Of a DNA stretch of 47,557 nucleotides, positions 11,151 through 25,100 are shown in pieces. Source of the DNA: Phoronis australis. Its lineage: Eukaryota; Animalia; Phoronida. Where the stretch lies: positions 483,112 through 530,668 of the forward strand of contig NMRA01000021.1 in NCBI GenBank assembly GCA_002633005.1. The letters are read 5' to 3'. Position 1 is the stretch's first letter, and each line of letters opens with the position of its first letter. The notes under the pieces were generated by a model, which was given only the letters and a program-made list of their open reading frames with translations, searched no databases and was not told the origin of the DNA. The position numbers and the translations under genes were made by a program.

Positions 11151-11386
11151 GGAATACTAAGTCGATATATGATTGACAGCCTTTGTTCTTGTCAGTCACC
11201 TCAAAACATGACGATCTCATTGGTTTAGTCAACACACTATGAAACCTTAACACTGATTGGTTCTTTTAAGAACATCCAAACGAGTTCGACAGCGTCATTG
11301 ACGCGCCAGCGTGTCAAAAATGACTCGTCACGTGTCAGAAAAGACCCGTCACAAGGTGACGCTAGGGGCGTTCCATAAGACAGTGT

Positions 11387-14300
11387 CCCAGTAAACATGA
11401 CAGTATTGGCCCAGTACTGGATTTCTGTTGGTTGATAACGCTTGTACCGTATACCGGTTTACGTTTCTGGGCCACGAATGGCCCAGTACCGTCCCCACGA
11501 CACTAACCCAGTGAACTTTCCCTTGGCGGCTCGCCGGTATTGGACCGGTAAACACAGACTTGAACACAAGAGGGCAGTTAGAGGCTTGCCCACAGGAAGG
11601 CTAAAATTTTTGATTTTTTTAAAAAAATCAGATGTGTGACGATAAAACTTTTTAATTTTCATAAAAAATTAATTACCAGCAGCTGTATTACAGTGTAATT
11701 TTATTTTTTAAAGAAAACTTTCCACCAGATGACCTTCATGAAAAAACCGCCATTTTGAAATTTCCGTTGAAGAACACTTGAGTTGTTTAGACTTTGAAAC
11801 CAACGTGTGTTACAGAATAGTGAAGGATTTTCACAGTGAACTGGTAAGTTTCATATTTTTTCACTTTGCATGCCATGCCAGTGTCTGTAAGAGTATACAA
11901 AACATGATTTATACCACAGACGTTCTCAGCTTCTGATCGTCGCCTATGGCCTATGGCCAATACAAATTGGGCACACATATCAAACACAAAACTCAATAAA
12001 TGTACACAAAACAGGGGTCCAACAAACCACGAGCAATATATCTTTCTCCTGGAATTCCTTGTACCGAGTGTCATACCTTGTAGTATTATATACAGAGGAT
12101 GAGGACACCTTTGAATTGCTCATTGTTTGCCGAACCCTTGTTTTGTGTAAATTTATTGAGTTTCGCATTTGATATCGACGGCTGTAGTGACCCAGTGAAG
12201 CACACATGAAATTTTTAGTCTTGAGTGTCATACTGTGTGGTATATATGTATAGTGTATTGGGTACGATCAGAAGCTGAGGACGTCCGAGTAAAACCACAG
12301 GCGTCATCAGCCTCTGAGTCTGACCGCCCTAAATACACTATAATACAAAAAGGTCGGACACTCGATTTTTGTGTGAAGTGAAGCACTCATGGAATTACTA
12401 GTTCCGAATGTCATGCCTTGTGGTAGGCCTATTATTAAGGATGATCAGAAGTTGAGAATGCCTATGATTTACAACAGGGACGGAGGAATTTACCGATGTC
12501 CCATAAGTTAACCATATTATAAACATAAAGGTTGGACACTGAAATTTTGCCAAGCCTAGGCTGCCAGCTTCAACTGTTCTAAGTCCAAGTAAAATCTGTG
12601 TGCACCTCTCTCAGGCTGGTATTGCATTTAAACAGGGATATTCCTGACCACATTTGAACCAGTGTCCTTTGGGTGCCCCTGATGATAAAAAGTATGTCTT
12701 TTTCAAAAAGTTGTGTCTGGCAGACTTTGTGTAATTAAGTGGTAACATACTGAGTTAAGGATTTTTTTGGTTTTAAACAAGGTCATTTCATAAACCCAGA
12801 GTTTAAATACATTCACAGCGAAATTAAATTATGTAAGCGACACTCAACTAGCATTCGTGGGCGGACTAAAACAAGAGCTTCGGAATTGCTTCGGCACTGT
12901 TTATGAAAAATCCGGATTTGTATGACAGTGATCTGCCATGAACGTCAGAAAATAACCTTGATGGGCTTCAACATTTTTGTTTGTAAATCACCTCTCGAAG
13001 GCAGTTTTAATATGATAAAGTGAAAGAAGGTATTCAAAAAATTATTTGGTGTTAATTTCGTTTAGTTCCATGCACATTTGAGTAGAAAATACTGAGCAAA
13101 CCAATGTTTAAAGTCCAACCTTTATGTTTTAATATGTAGCCCGAGTGACCTCATTGTTGATCGAGGAACAGATAAACTCTAGTGTCTGGTTGATATTTGC
13201 CAGTTTCACGCCAGCATGACTCTATTTGACTTTTTTAAAGTAAGATAACAAAGAATATTTCTGGCTAAGCAATTGAAAGTAGCTCCTCAACATCAGTTTT
13301 CATGAAACACCTGCTAGTATAGAAAAATTGAGAACATTGCGGGGGGAGGCGGGTTCCTCTGATTGAATTTTTTGCTTATTTGCGTAACTCTTTTTAAGGA
13401 TTTCTCCATAAAATTAGTTAAGTTCAGAGTTTACATAGCTGATCAAGGGATGAAGTGAACTTGAAAATTTGCTTCTGTAGCCGGTTTCTCCCATGCAAAG
13501 TTGCTTTTCTTAAGTTTGAATTCGACCTCCGAAACTGTGCTGTGGGGCTTTAAAGATGGTTATGAACCTCCATCTATTTTTATATGCCCATTTTATATGT
13601 TCTATCTCATTTTAGTTGTTTGACAACAAAACTCCAAATGCCCAAATATCAAAATCCAAGACAATGCAGGCTATTGGTTATCTCATGAAACGTAAACAAT
13701 CCTCGTTTTGTTGCTGTGTTTACTTCTTTGACAACATTGCTGACCTTGTACATGCACAGCATCGTTCAATAGAAGGGGCACTCAGCCTCATCTCCAAGCC
13801 TCAAGATGGTGCTGATCAGTTAAGTCATTTGAGGCTTGGTAATGGGTAATGAAATGTGTCAGAATTTTCACAGAAATTGTCGGAATGTCACAAGTAATTT
13901 GGCAATTTTCTGCAGTTTTATATAAAAATAAAACTAATGGTATATTGCAGCAATTTAGATCTAAATTATTGCAAAAATGATGTATTTTGTTTCAAAAACA
14001 CATTAATACTATTCATAAATAAGAATTGAAAAATAAGTACAACCTTTACTTCAGACAGTAACTAAAACAATGCCTTCTGTTGCATGAATGGCTGCAATGT
14101 GAAAATAATTACCATCTGTCTTTGTTCAATGACGTCAAGGCATCGGTCAATCATTGTGCAGAAAGTAATTCCTATAACCAAGCCTCAAATGGCTAAACCC
14201 ATAAGCGCCATCTTGAGGCTTGGGGACAAAGTTGAAAAGGTCACATCAGTGTCAATTGTGTGTAAACACAGAGCAAAACCATCAACTGATGCTCATAAGA

Positions 14301-15179
14301 CTTTTTGTAAGATTGTGAAGTATTTTTAGGAATTTAAAAATGGTAAGAAAATAGACAATAGACATTTTGGGAAGAAATGGGATGAATAAAAAGTCGTTTC
14401 TGAAAATATTTATTACAAGAATCTGAAGTCCTACAACCAGCTGTAATACCTGTGTTAAGAAAGAGTGAAACATTTATATCTTGCAGGTTATACATTGCAA
14501 ATAAGTTTCTTTTTGGAATGATATGCAGTGTCTTTAGGTAATTCTTATTATGCATAACTTATCTGGAAAATGTATAGTGGAGTCTTTTAGTTTGTACTCA
14601 AAGATACTAAGCAGTTTTTGTTTTATTTCAGGGATTGTGGTCAAGGAGCACAGTAATGCTAATGCAAACTTTATAGTAAAAGAGGCACCATGTTCCGAAA
14701 CGCTGGAGACAGGGAGGGAGGGTGAAGACTGTGTAAAGCTGCCAGTCCACTAATAAGCCCGAGACAGTTTTATTAAAAATAATTAGTTTCTTAGTTGTTA
14801 TTTGTATAATTCATAATTTTTTGTAAGTATTTTACCTGAGCAGTTTCATAGTAATAAAAGTATTAAAGAACAAGAGTCTTTTCTTTTTGTAAGTCACAGC
14901 TAGTGTACTGGCTTAATAGGAGCCCATCAATGGCCCTGTACTGGACCAACACAGTCTGTCAATACTGGCCCTTTACAGGGCCGAAACCGGTTATTGGTGT
15001 ACTGGCCCAGTAATGGCGTGGTACTGGTCCTTTACTGGCTCGATACCGCAATCTTGTATCGGGGCCAATACGGGGAAGGTGTGCAGAATGTTATTGGGCC
15101 AGTACTGGCCTACATCATTGGGCCAATACAGAAGACATTTCAGGGCCAGTATTGGCCCAGTACCTGCATGTTTACTGGG
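11387..15179. mobile_element. EnSpm/CACTA-like (CCCAG-ended) non-autonomous DNA transposon, 3.8 kb
   Basis: Perfect 13-bp TIR CCCAGTAAACATG / CATGTTTACTGGG extending imperfectly to about 34 bp. 2-bp TSD GT (11385-11386 and 15180-15181). Many subterminal (TA)CTGGCCCAGTA motifs at both ends. No transposase ORF seen. Confidence 0.85.
13785..14232. mobile_element. MITE nested inside the EnSpm-like element
   Basis: About 65-bp imperfect inverted ends (CCAAGCCTCAAGATGGTGC...CATTTGAGGCTTGG versus CCAAGCCTCAAATG...GCGCCATCTTGAGGCTTGG) around an AT-rich core. Confidence 0.6.
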
Positions 15180-17754
15180 GTCTAGACGATTCTTTATTTT
15201 TCAATTTGCCAGAGTGTTCTGCCATAGATTTGCGACAATGCTGCGCAATTTATGCTGCGAACACTAGCGCATTGGCGCGGAGGGGGCCTTATAGCTACCG
15301 AGCGGCATCAAAGGGATAAATAGAGGTTACCGGCCTAAGTACTTGTTGGGAGGGTCAGTCTTCATTTACCACTACCCAGAAGAGGCTGGGGTCTACTAAT
15401 TCACACTAGGCTAGTAGAGGTCACCCTCATAAGGGCGTTCCATAATGAGATTTTTACTCACTAGCGTCGTGCACGTTCGGAACCAGAGGGTGGAAACCGC
15501 GCTTCTGCGAATGGACTCCTAACCCCGTATGCAAGTCCCGTACCTCGAGTGAAGAAACTGATCCCGGGACTGGAGTATCGGGCGCCCGGATGTGGAGTGC
15601 GTGTGTGGAGTTTGGGGAACGGTTTGAAATTCGTACGAGTTTCATAGGTCCGGGTTTCGGCCATGGAATCATTTCTACCCGGTTCCCTCGTCTGTGTCTA
15701 CGCGGTGGGACTCCCAAGACCATTCCAATTGGTGTACAAAACAATGATTAATGTGGGCCACTCATGTTACAAACTGGAAAGTGTTTTAATCTAATAACCT
15801 CCCAAAGTGTAAGGAAAGTACAGACACGAAACTTCAGCAATACGAACGCTTCACAACTCTCGCTACGTAGAATGTCACGGCCTAGTGCCTCGGAACACCT
15901 CGGATTTCCGCCGTGAGAATCCATTCATACTTTTCACACTTATGGGGGCACTGACTGGCCCAGAATATACATGCATGGTGGTGTAAACTCAGAATTGCGT
16001 CAGTCAACTCTGACTTACATTGCACCATACATGGCTCCCTTATTATTTATGCATGCTGCATTAGCTAACTAGCGTACACTGTAACTGGGGAGTGACCGAA
16101 ATAAACGGATCACAAAAACAAGATGCGTGATTCGCATGTGTACTGCAGTGAAAATAATACCGAACAACTTTGACCTTACCTAAGATGAAGTGCATAAAAA
16201 TACCAAATATAAGGTTTACACTTTGGTGCCGAACAGATTCGGAGTATAAGCACGATAGCTATTCACTTGAGTTTATTCAATGCATTTATTCTGTTGACAA
16301 AACTTATCGATGCACAAATAACCAGGATTTCGCATCACCTTGAACGACGCGGTGGCCACGTTGTGTGCTCCTATCCATTTTCTGACAACACGTTAGCGTT
16401 GATCGTGAAGGTATTGTTTTCTGGAAAGATGGTGTCGGTAAATGAGCAATTCGACCTCAACACTGTATTTCAAAAGAACGCAAACCTGCATTCAACAGTC
16501 GAACTTTACTTGCAGCCGCTAATGATCCACACTGAGCACACGAAAAAAAAACGCTGTGTGGCAAAGAATCAACTTATCAATTCAGACTAATTAAGTAAAC
16601 TAGAGTCATGTCCACATTGCAAGTTTGCCTACAACATGCTCTGGACCAACTTAACCCTAAGTCAGTAAAGTGTTCGCATCACACTACACCCCTTAGTCTT
16701 GTGACGGATACATAGACAACCGTAGTATGTAAATGAGAATGTGATTTGCTGGACAAAACCTAGCAACAACTGGTTCCGGGAGTAACTTGTTATGGGGTAA
16801 CTCGTGGTGTAGGGGCAAAAGGCATTGTTAAATTACGACTAACCATAAATTATAACCTGTGGTAACAGTGAAAACAACCTATGTTACGGTGAGGTCAGTC
16901 GATGAATTTTTTCTCATCGACATCCGATAGTTTAAAAAAATCGTGTAAAGCCGTGACTATACAATAATACAGTCAATTTTAGTGGATTAACATTTTCTAT
17001 AGCACATTTTAAGTTTCAAGGGCAGATTTTGAATGGTGGGGCAAAGCGTTCTATTCTTTGCCCTTTTCGTCTAGGTAATGTTAAGTAGTCCACCTACTCT
17101 CTGTCAAAAATAACGTTCCATTTAGACCACTTAAGATTGTAAAACTGGAGTCAGATTTTTTCTTAAGCCCTGGTGACACTGAAGATACAACCAGGTTACG
17201 ACCGACAATTACGATTGAAATTTTGAGTAGACGAAGGATAACCGCGAAAGGAGCGTGCGATCGACCCATATGGCGGAGGTTGAAGTTCATCACTGCATGC
17301 AAAACCAATCATATATGATTTTAGAACATGTTCAACATCTAGCTACGACCGATTTTTAAATTTTTAGTCAAATGAATTGTTGGCAATAAGGGAGTACCAC
17401 CAATTTTGAGCCCTCGCACACATTCGTGTTACGTGTGTCGTACCACCAGGCGATTGCCGGTACCTCGCTGGTTCCCTGCTTGCCGCTAGGTGGCAGCTAC
17501 AGTAGCACGCGGGTAGCAGGCAGTAGCACGCGCTTTATCATTGGTTGATGTAACCTCGGCAGTCACTGCCCATACCAAAAGACCATGTTTGCCGCAAGCT
17601 TGCAGCAAACATGCCGCAAGCTTGCGACAAACAATTTTGTTTGCAGCAAACCAGCCGCAGGAGTTTGCCGCTACCCGCAACTCAGCCGCACACATTGCCG
17701 CAACCTTGATGCAAACACTGAAGTTTGCAGGAATGTTGCGGCAAACTTGGTGAT

Positions 17755-18095
17755 TGAAAAAGTGTTTGCGGGAAAGTTGCAGGAAACTTTATTGTTGAAA
17801 AGTGTTTGCGGGAAAGTTGCAGGAAACTTTATTGTTGAAAAGTGTTTGCGGGAAAGTTGCAGGAAACTTTATTGGTGAAAAAATGTTTGCGGGAAAGTTG
17901 CAGGAAACTTTATTGGTGAAGAAGTGTTTGCGGGCAAGTTGCAGGAAACTTTATTGATGAAAAAGTGTTTGCGGGAAAGTTTCAGGAAACTTTATTGGTG
18001 AAAAAGTTTTTGCGGGAAAGATGCAGGAAACTTTATTGGTGAAAAGTGTTCTCAGGAATAGGTGAAAAAGTGCTTGCACGAAATTTGCAGTAAAC
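17755..18095. repeat. 40-41-bp minisatellite, about 8 copies
   Basis: Unit GAAAAGTGTTTGCGGGAAAGTTGCAGGAAACTTTATTG(T/G)T. Confidence 0.95.
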
Positions 18096-19361
18096 TTTAA
18101 TGTTTAAAGTGTTAGCATTAATATTGTGACAATGTTAGAAATTGTGAAATTGTTTTTTATTTTCTAAATTTCAAAGAAACCTCAAATCCCAGAACCTAAG
18201 CAGGGCAGTTACTTATTTTAGATTACTTACCTAAATGTGACCTATTGTTGAGTAAGTTACATTGTTAAAAACAGCAAATGCTCAAAGATGACCAAATGCG
18301 ACATAAAACACTAGAGAATAATACTGCATCTGTATGTTCTTTGTTTTTTTATTCAGTCCCCATACTTAACAAGTTTTCATTTTCCTTTCATACTGCTGTC
18401 AAAGTCAGTACAGCAAAATATTAAATGCAATTGCTTTAAAACAACAAAGGCAGTGTTACCTGCATGTTGTGTAAACAAGCACAATAAATATCAATAAAAA
18501 CCATACACAAATATATGATCCAGTTTTACCAAATGTGCAAGTATTAGCATTTAGAGCATTTTGTACTTTTCCAACATTTGAAATTATCTCATAATCAGGT
18601 GGTAGCTGCCAGTCTGTAGCTACAGTAAAATTTTGTCTATTTTGGACAAAAATAATTGCCAAAAATTACTCATTTTGATTTTGATTTTTCAAGGACATTT
18701 AGCTTTGTTGTGAAGACTCACAATTTTTCAAAATATTGTCTGTCAGCAGCTATGGTACGGACTTGGATATGACTCGGGATTCTTGTGATACTGCCACATT
18801 ATTTATGAAAAAATATGAAATTTAATTTCACTAGTGTCTTTATATTATTGTTTTATGCTTCTACGGTTATTGTTCACTTTAATCATACTAGCCCAGCTAC
18901 ATGTTGAACTGCTAGGACAGTTTTCAAGGAATGCCTCTTGAAATACATTAATGTTTAATGCCTCTAGGGCTGTTGATTGTTTATTCAAATTATGCTAGCC
19001 CAGCCACATGTTGATCTGGTGGGACTGTTATCAAGGAAAGCATATGGTTGTCAAGGTTACATGCCTGGGTAGTGACCTATAAGCTTTCAGATGAACCAAA
19101 TTCAAACGGTTTTGGTACAGCCTAGACTCTACCAGCCGATTTCATAAAGGTGGTTTAACAAAACCAGGTTTAAGACTTAAACCTGGTCTTCATAAACCTG
19201 GTCTAATTTTAAACCTAACTTGCATTTCACCAACATGGTTTAAAAGTTTGAAAGCCTGGTTTTGCTAGACCAGGGAGCTGGTTCAGCAGAACCAGGTTTA
19301 AAGTATCAAAGGCACCCAACTGTGTCGAGCTGGGTAAACCCAACAAAGAAACTATTGAAGT

Positions 19362-20240
19362 NNNNNNNNNNNNNNNNNNNNNNNNNNNNNNNNNNNNNNN
19401 NNNNNNNNNNNNNNNNNNNNNNNNNNNNNNNNNNNNNNNNNNNNNNNNNNNNNNNNNNNNNNNNNNNNNNNNNNNNNNNNNNNNNNNNNNNNNNNNNNNN
19501 NNNNNNNNNNNNNNNNNNNNNNNNNNNNNNNNNNNNNNNNNNNNNNNNNNNNNNNNNNNNNNNNNNNNNNNNNNNNNNNNNNNNNNNNNNNNNNNNNNNN
19601 NNNNNNNNNNNNNNNNNNNNNNNNNNNNNNNNNNNNNNNNNNNNNNNNNNNNNNNNNNNNNNNNNNNNNNNNNNNNNNNNNNNNNNNNNNNNNNNNNNNN
19701 NNNNNNNNNNNNNNNNNNNNNNNNNNNNNNNNNNNNNNNNNNNNNNNNNNNNNNNNNNNNNNNNNNNNNNNNNNNNNNNNNNNNNNNNNNNNNNNNNNNN
19801 NNNNNNNNNNNNNNNNNNNNNNNNNNNNNNNNNNNNNNNNNNNNNNNNNNNNNNNNNNNNNNNNNNNNNNNNNNNNNNNNNNNNNNNNNNNNNNNNNNNN
19901 NNNNNNNNNNNNNNNNNNNNNNNNNNNNNNNNNNNNNNNNNNNNNNNNNNNNNNNNNNNNNNNNNNNNNNNNNNNNNNNNNNNNNNNNNNNNNNNNNNNN
20001 NNNNNNNNNNNNNNNNNNNNNNNNNNNNNNNNNNNNNNNNNNNNNNNNNNNNNNNNNNNNNNNNNNNNNNNNNNNNNNNNNNNNNNNNNNNNNNNNNNNN
20101 NNNNNNNNNNNNNNNNNNNNNNNNNNNNNNNNNNNNNNNNNNNNNNNNNNNNNNNNNNNNNNNNNNNNNNNNNNNNNNNNNNNNNNNNNNNNNNNNNNNN
20201 NNNNNNNNNNNNNNNNNNNNNNNNNNNNNNNNNNNNNNNN
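19362..20240. other. Assembly gap
   Basis: Run of N. Confidence 1.
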
Positions 20241-21699
20241 AACTGTCTGTTCATACATGAGCAGAAGAGCAAAAGTTCGACTTAAAACGTAATTGAGATT
20301 CTAATAATGCTATCACAAATGCCTTTTTGTGGAAAGTGAAATGGCATTCATATTTTAGGTTTGTGAATATTGAGTGACATAATGTACTTGATGAAAGCCA
20401 GAGACACTGCAGAGGTTACGAGGCAACAAGTTTGAGTTGAAAACACCGGAACAACTGGCGTACACAGCATCTCAACGTTGGTTAGAACAAACATGGATGA
20501 AAACACTAGCGATCATCCCATATGAACCCTATGGAACATCTCCGATTGCTGTAATACGGATTCGTCTGGAGTAGAATGTGTTTAGAACGTCCACTAGTAT
20601 GGTAATAACTGGATATAACCTCTGTAGTTGTTCCTTTCAACACCATGGTAATATTGGAGAACAGAAAGGTATAATTTATGGTTGATGCCTGAGATAAATG
20701 AATAATAATATTGGATGATATCGCTATAGTCGAAATATTGCAAATTTCAACAAAGGCCTACAAGTTCAACGATAGCCCATTCAGTAGACTGATGTATCAT
20801 GAAACCATATTGGGAAGCAAAAATAGTAATCGATGAAGTATTCGACAGTTTTCAAGTATTTTACATGAACATGGGAAAAATAAATATGTTTATAATTGTT
20901 AAGAGTGATTTTTTTCAGTTGACAAGTAATGAGGTATTTTATAATAAAATGCTTAAATATGCTCGACATGCTGTTCTAAGCATGCCTTTCCACGGGGGAA
21001 AGTCAGATTTCATGGTTTTCTCCACTGGTATTCGACATATTTTGCGTCATTTTCAATGCTAATAAACACCCCGTTGGGTGCATTTCAACGCTCTGTTGCT
21101 AGTTTAGTCAAGTAAATAATATCGTTATTGCAATTATAGATTTTGTCGTGCGTTAAGAATATAACATCTCGGTATATTGTAATTAAAGCTTGGCATACAT
21201 TCAAGTTGTTCTCTCAAGATACAAATAGAAGTATTATTACTAATTGCCACTGCAGACACTTTTATAGTTTCTGTTATTCATTGTCATGTGATTTTGTTTT
21301 CATTTCTAGTCATTATGCATCAGATTGAAAATTATCATGTTAAATCCAGTGTGCATCTGATTGTGTATTTTCTTGCTTTAACAAGCGGGCATGCAATAAA
21401 AATTATGTATTTGTCAGCTGGCATTTCTGCATTAAATTATTCATGCCACAATTCAACTATGTTGAAGTCTTGCAGCAATATTTTTTTCTGATGGTTCGCA
21501 GAATCTTCTATATAACCCCATGAAGATGTTTGCGGCAAGCTTGCAGCAATGTGTGCGGCTGGGTTGCAGGAACTGTTCCATATAAGGACATAGAGATGTT
21601 TGCTGCAACCTTTCGGCAAACTTCATTTGCATGGTAAAAGTGCGCTGCATGTTTGCGGCAAGCATGCCGCAAGCTTGCGGCAATGTTTGCAAAAGTGCT

Positions 21700-22110
21700 G
21701 CAGTAAAATTACGCCCGTAAATTAAATGGAGGAAATGTTGCCGTAAATTACGCTCGTAAAATACCAGAAGGTTCCAAATTGAAACCAATCAGTGTTAACC
21801 TAACATACACGACTGTTCCTGGGCAACTGGTTCTTGCAAAATCGCTGACATTGCAGCAGCGATTTAGTCCGCCATGATTCAACGCCCGTGGTATAGACAA
21901 GTTATCCGTCAGTAAATAGGTATTAACATGAGCGCGCGCGACCGTGAGTTGTAAAATCGAATGTTATTGGCTAAGAGTTTAAACTAAATTACGAGAGTAA
22001 TTTTACGCCGTATAGAATTAAATTACGCTCGTAATTTTACGGCGTAAATAATGGCGTAAAGAACGGCGTAATGTACAAAATTACGCTCGTATTTTTCCGG
22101 CGACACTTTT
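21700..22110. repeat. Cluster of AAATTACGCTCGTA / TTACGCCGTA motifs in both orientations, probably a transposon subterminal region
   Basis: The motif recurs at about 21707, 21746, 21987, 22020 and 22078, with inverted variants. Confidence 0.5.
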
Positions 22111-25100
22111 CCCCCAACGGCCCATCATAGAAACCTACGTACGACGGCTAGAGTTGGTTCATCATCGGTGATCATCCAGTTAGTAACCCTATAAATTCTA
22201 CGAGAACAACTGTGTAAGCCTAACCTGTCTACCCCGGTGACAGCCTTAAATTTTTGACAATTATTTCTTATTTTGTTTATTCTTGACATGTTGAAAAGTA
22301 TTAAACAGGTTTAATGAGTACAACCGTGTTGAAATTAACTATTTAAACTGTCGTGTCCAAATCAAGAGAGAGCGACTTCTGATGGTAACAGTATGTTTCC
22401 AGATTGTTCTCAAATGAAAGTGAGTCTGCTCTAGTAAATCACGTATCTCACACCTCCAATAAATGCGATAAGTTTTTATGAATATAAATATTTTGATCGA
22501 GTGCAACAAACAACCAATAATCATATTCATAACAGTCGTAATTTGAAAATAAAATAAAATAAAATAAAATAAAAACACTTTATCAGGACCGCTTCCAAAT
22601 CTGTGGCTCACAAGATTTCCTTCAAAACGCAGACCACATTGAAGTTTGTTTATGTTTGACATATGATCCGAATAATATGTAAATGATACGTGCGTTGCAA
22701 GCTGCAGCTATGAGAAAAGCATGCAATAAGACTGAGATTCACTCAAAAACGAGTCAAGAAAAGAATTTCAGTCAACACTTTTTAGTGATATAATGAAGAA
22801 GACAACTAATATACCACTGGAAGTCATTGAATAATTTGCTTATCTCAGTAGCATTCATGTATATATGGCCCATGTAGATGGGTATTTTTGAGCATAGTTA
22901 CGATGAGAAAAATGAACAACGTCTCTACCACAGCTAGATCCCATTTCCAATTATTGCAAACCAAGAAATTGACGAACTGCAAAGTTCAAATCAATCGTTT
23001 AAAGACAAGCGAGTGGTCTTGCAAACTGGGCCCGGGCCCTGCAACTTTGACAAGGACCTTGTATTCTGAGTGAATTACAAACTTATAAATCATCCATCCC
23101 CAATAATGGTGGGGAGGTAAGTCATTGAAAAAACACCCCGTACCACTTCTACTGATATAAACAGAAAGGTTACATGATAACTCTACCTGTACTACAAAAA
23201 ATCCAATCGTTCAGTCAATGTGTTATTCTCCTAAAATAGTCTTGTTTCAACAGAAAGTGAGCCCAGTATATCCTCAAAACATAAGGACAAATACAATACC
23301 ATATTACTATTATTGTTATTTTTGTAACTATACAATGTCCCATATTACACACCAATTCTTTGTTACGAAAATTAAGGGTTCGATTTAACTAGGAATGTAA
23401 TGAATCCAGCAATCGTGTTTATTTTTCTAGTAATGATACACTTGAACGTAGGTAGGGACAGACAGCAATTCGCCGTCCCAAAGAAAAACAGTAATGTCTT
23501 GCATAAAATCCCCAATGGAAAACCATGGAGGGAAAAGTTAGGACCAAACGACATCTTCTACATCTTTACCGATCAATTTTTAGTAATTCTTAGAAATAAT
23601 CCAAAAAGAGTGAACGAAGCTACAGTAGAGAAGGGTCAATAAAAGTCGGTATGCTGCGGCTCCCCGGATGATGGTATCAACCAATCAGATTTTCCTGCCA
23701 CTCCCCCAAACTCTTCAGAAGCACAATAATTAATATTGAATGAGCTAGCTACTCACCTCCATTAACTTATCATTACGTCAAAGGGGCGTGACGCAATCTC
23801 AGGTACTTCAGGGACCATAGTATCAGGCTCGCTTTTATCACAGATTTGAATAAGCTATTATCCGCTCATGATCTATGGGCACTTAAACAGGATAATTAGG
23901 CCTGTACTGCTAGTGGAACTACTTTTAGTGAATTAGCGAGAAGCGATGAGAATTTTAAACTTTTAAACATGTAAACACATCACAGTGAAAAACTTAATTC
24001 GGCGGCAAAATTTGTGATGCTGCAACAGCGAAATAAAGCGTGATAGTGGAGAGTGTTTAGAGAGTGGAAGACATATAAATGGTGACAAAGAGCAACTGTG
24101 TTATTAAACAAGTTGGCAATATTATCAGACTTTGGCGACCCATCAGTAAACGTGATGTTGTGGGTCAAAGTCGTTTAAAATGCAGATATTTTGAAAAGTA
24201 GAGACAAAACTTTTAGGGCTACTGACTGAAATCTAAGTAATACAACAAGTTTAAGACACTGCTGTAACCGCTACACAAAGTATTAAAATTCAAGTCTAAG
24301 TAAACAAGGTAATACAATAAATCAAAACATTTTGCTACATAACACAGACGTGCATCAACACCTATTTCTGCCAAATACAAAACGTCAACAAACTCACTAC
24401 CTTCAGCAAGTAGAAACTTGTTCAAAACAGATGGCTAAAAACGTCCAAGCGTTCACCCAAATTATATTTTCAGTGTCTGAAATTTGTACCCATATAAACA
24501 AACCTCAAGTCATGCTCATTTACACAATGTCAAGGGACCTATTTTTCACCTCTCTTCCCACAGTTCGGATCAGAATCTAGCACGTTGATGCCATGTTCCT
24601 ACCGTTCACGGCCGCTAACGAGGGCAAAAAACCTTTTAAATAAATAAATTTTTAAAAGAGATTGACAATGCTTTTTAACTTTTCTATCAGATATCTTTTC
24701 GATACATATAAAATACTTTGTAACTTTCATTTTTAACTTGCAGTGAATAGGACAATTAAAGTACCTAAGATGTAAAATCAAAATTGTCAGGAATTTCCTT
24801 CTGAAAACATTGAGTTGTAAACATTTTCAAAATTTCATAGACATTCAACAAAGAAAGTACGCTTACATGCACTTCTTTGAGTAATTTTCAGAGCTAGTTG
24901 CACGATTGATTGATGAATACCACGAAAACTCGTACGAATGATCGCCGATTACCATGACCAGCCACACGATTGAACGCTGGTTACTGACAGTGGTCGCACG
25001 ACCAACAATAAACGCCTCCACCACTGGTTCTACTGACCTGTGGTAGATCGTTCAACCAGTCGTACATGTTAGGCGATTACGTACAACCTCGAGAAGACTG

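Larger units (their letters stand above)
17568..21700. mobile_element. Probable non-autonomous DNA transposon with GCCGCAAGCTTGC subterminal repeats (ends uncertain)
   Basis: Clusters of GCCGCAAGCTTGC(A/G) and TTTGCGGCAAG motifs at 17585-17750 and 21465-21695. The right terminus and TSD were not resolved, and the interval spans a gap. Confidence 0.5.

Noticed and set aside
10774-11253. ORFs spanning the first gap, including the apparent TatD end at 11160
   Set aside because: They are made of X residues; the true TatD stop is unknown and probably just inside the gap.
17541-17878. Cys/Ala-rich ORFs at the repeat cluster
   Set aside because: They are translations of subterminal and minisatellite repeats, not genes.
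19227-20272. Three 300+ aa ORFs in the ORF track
   Set aside because: They are artefacts of reading through the N gap.
11247-21798. Exact 16-bp inverted match TTAACACTGATTGGTT (11247-11262) / AACCAATCAGTGTTAA (21783-21798)
   Set aside because: It contains a common CCAAT-box word, about one such match is expected by chance in an AT-rich 47-kb window, and there is no TSD or extension.
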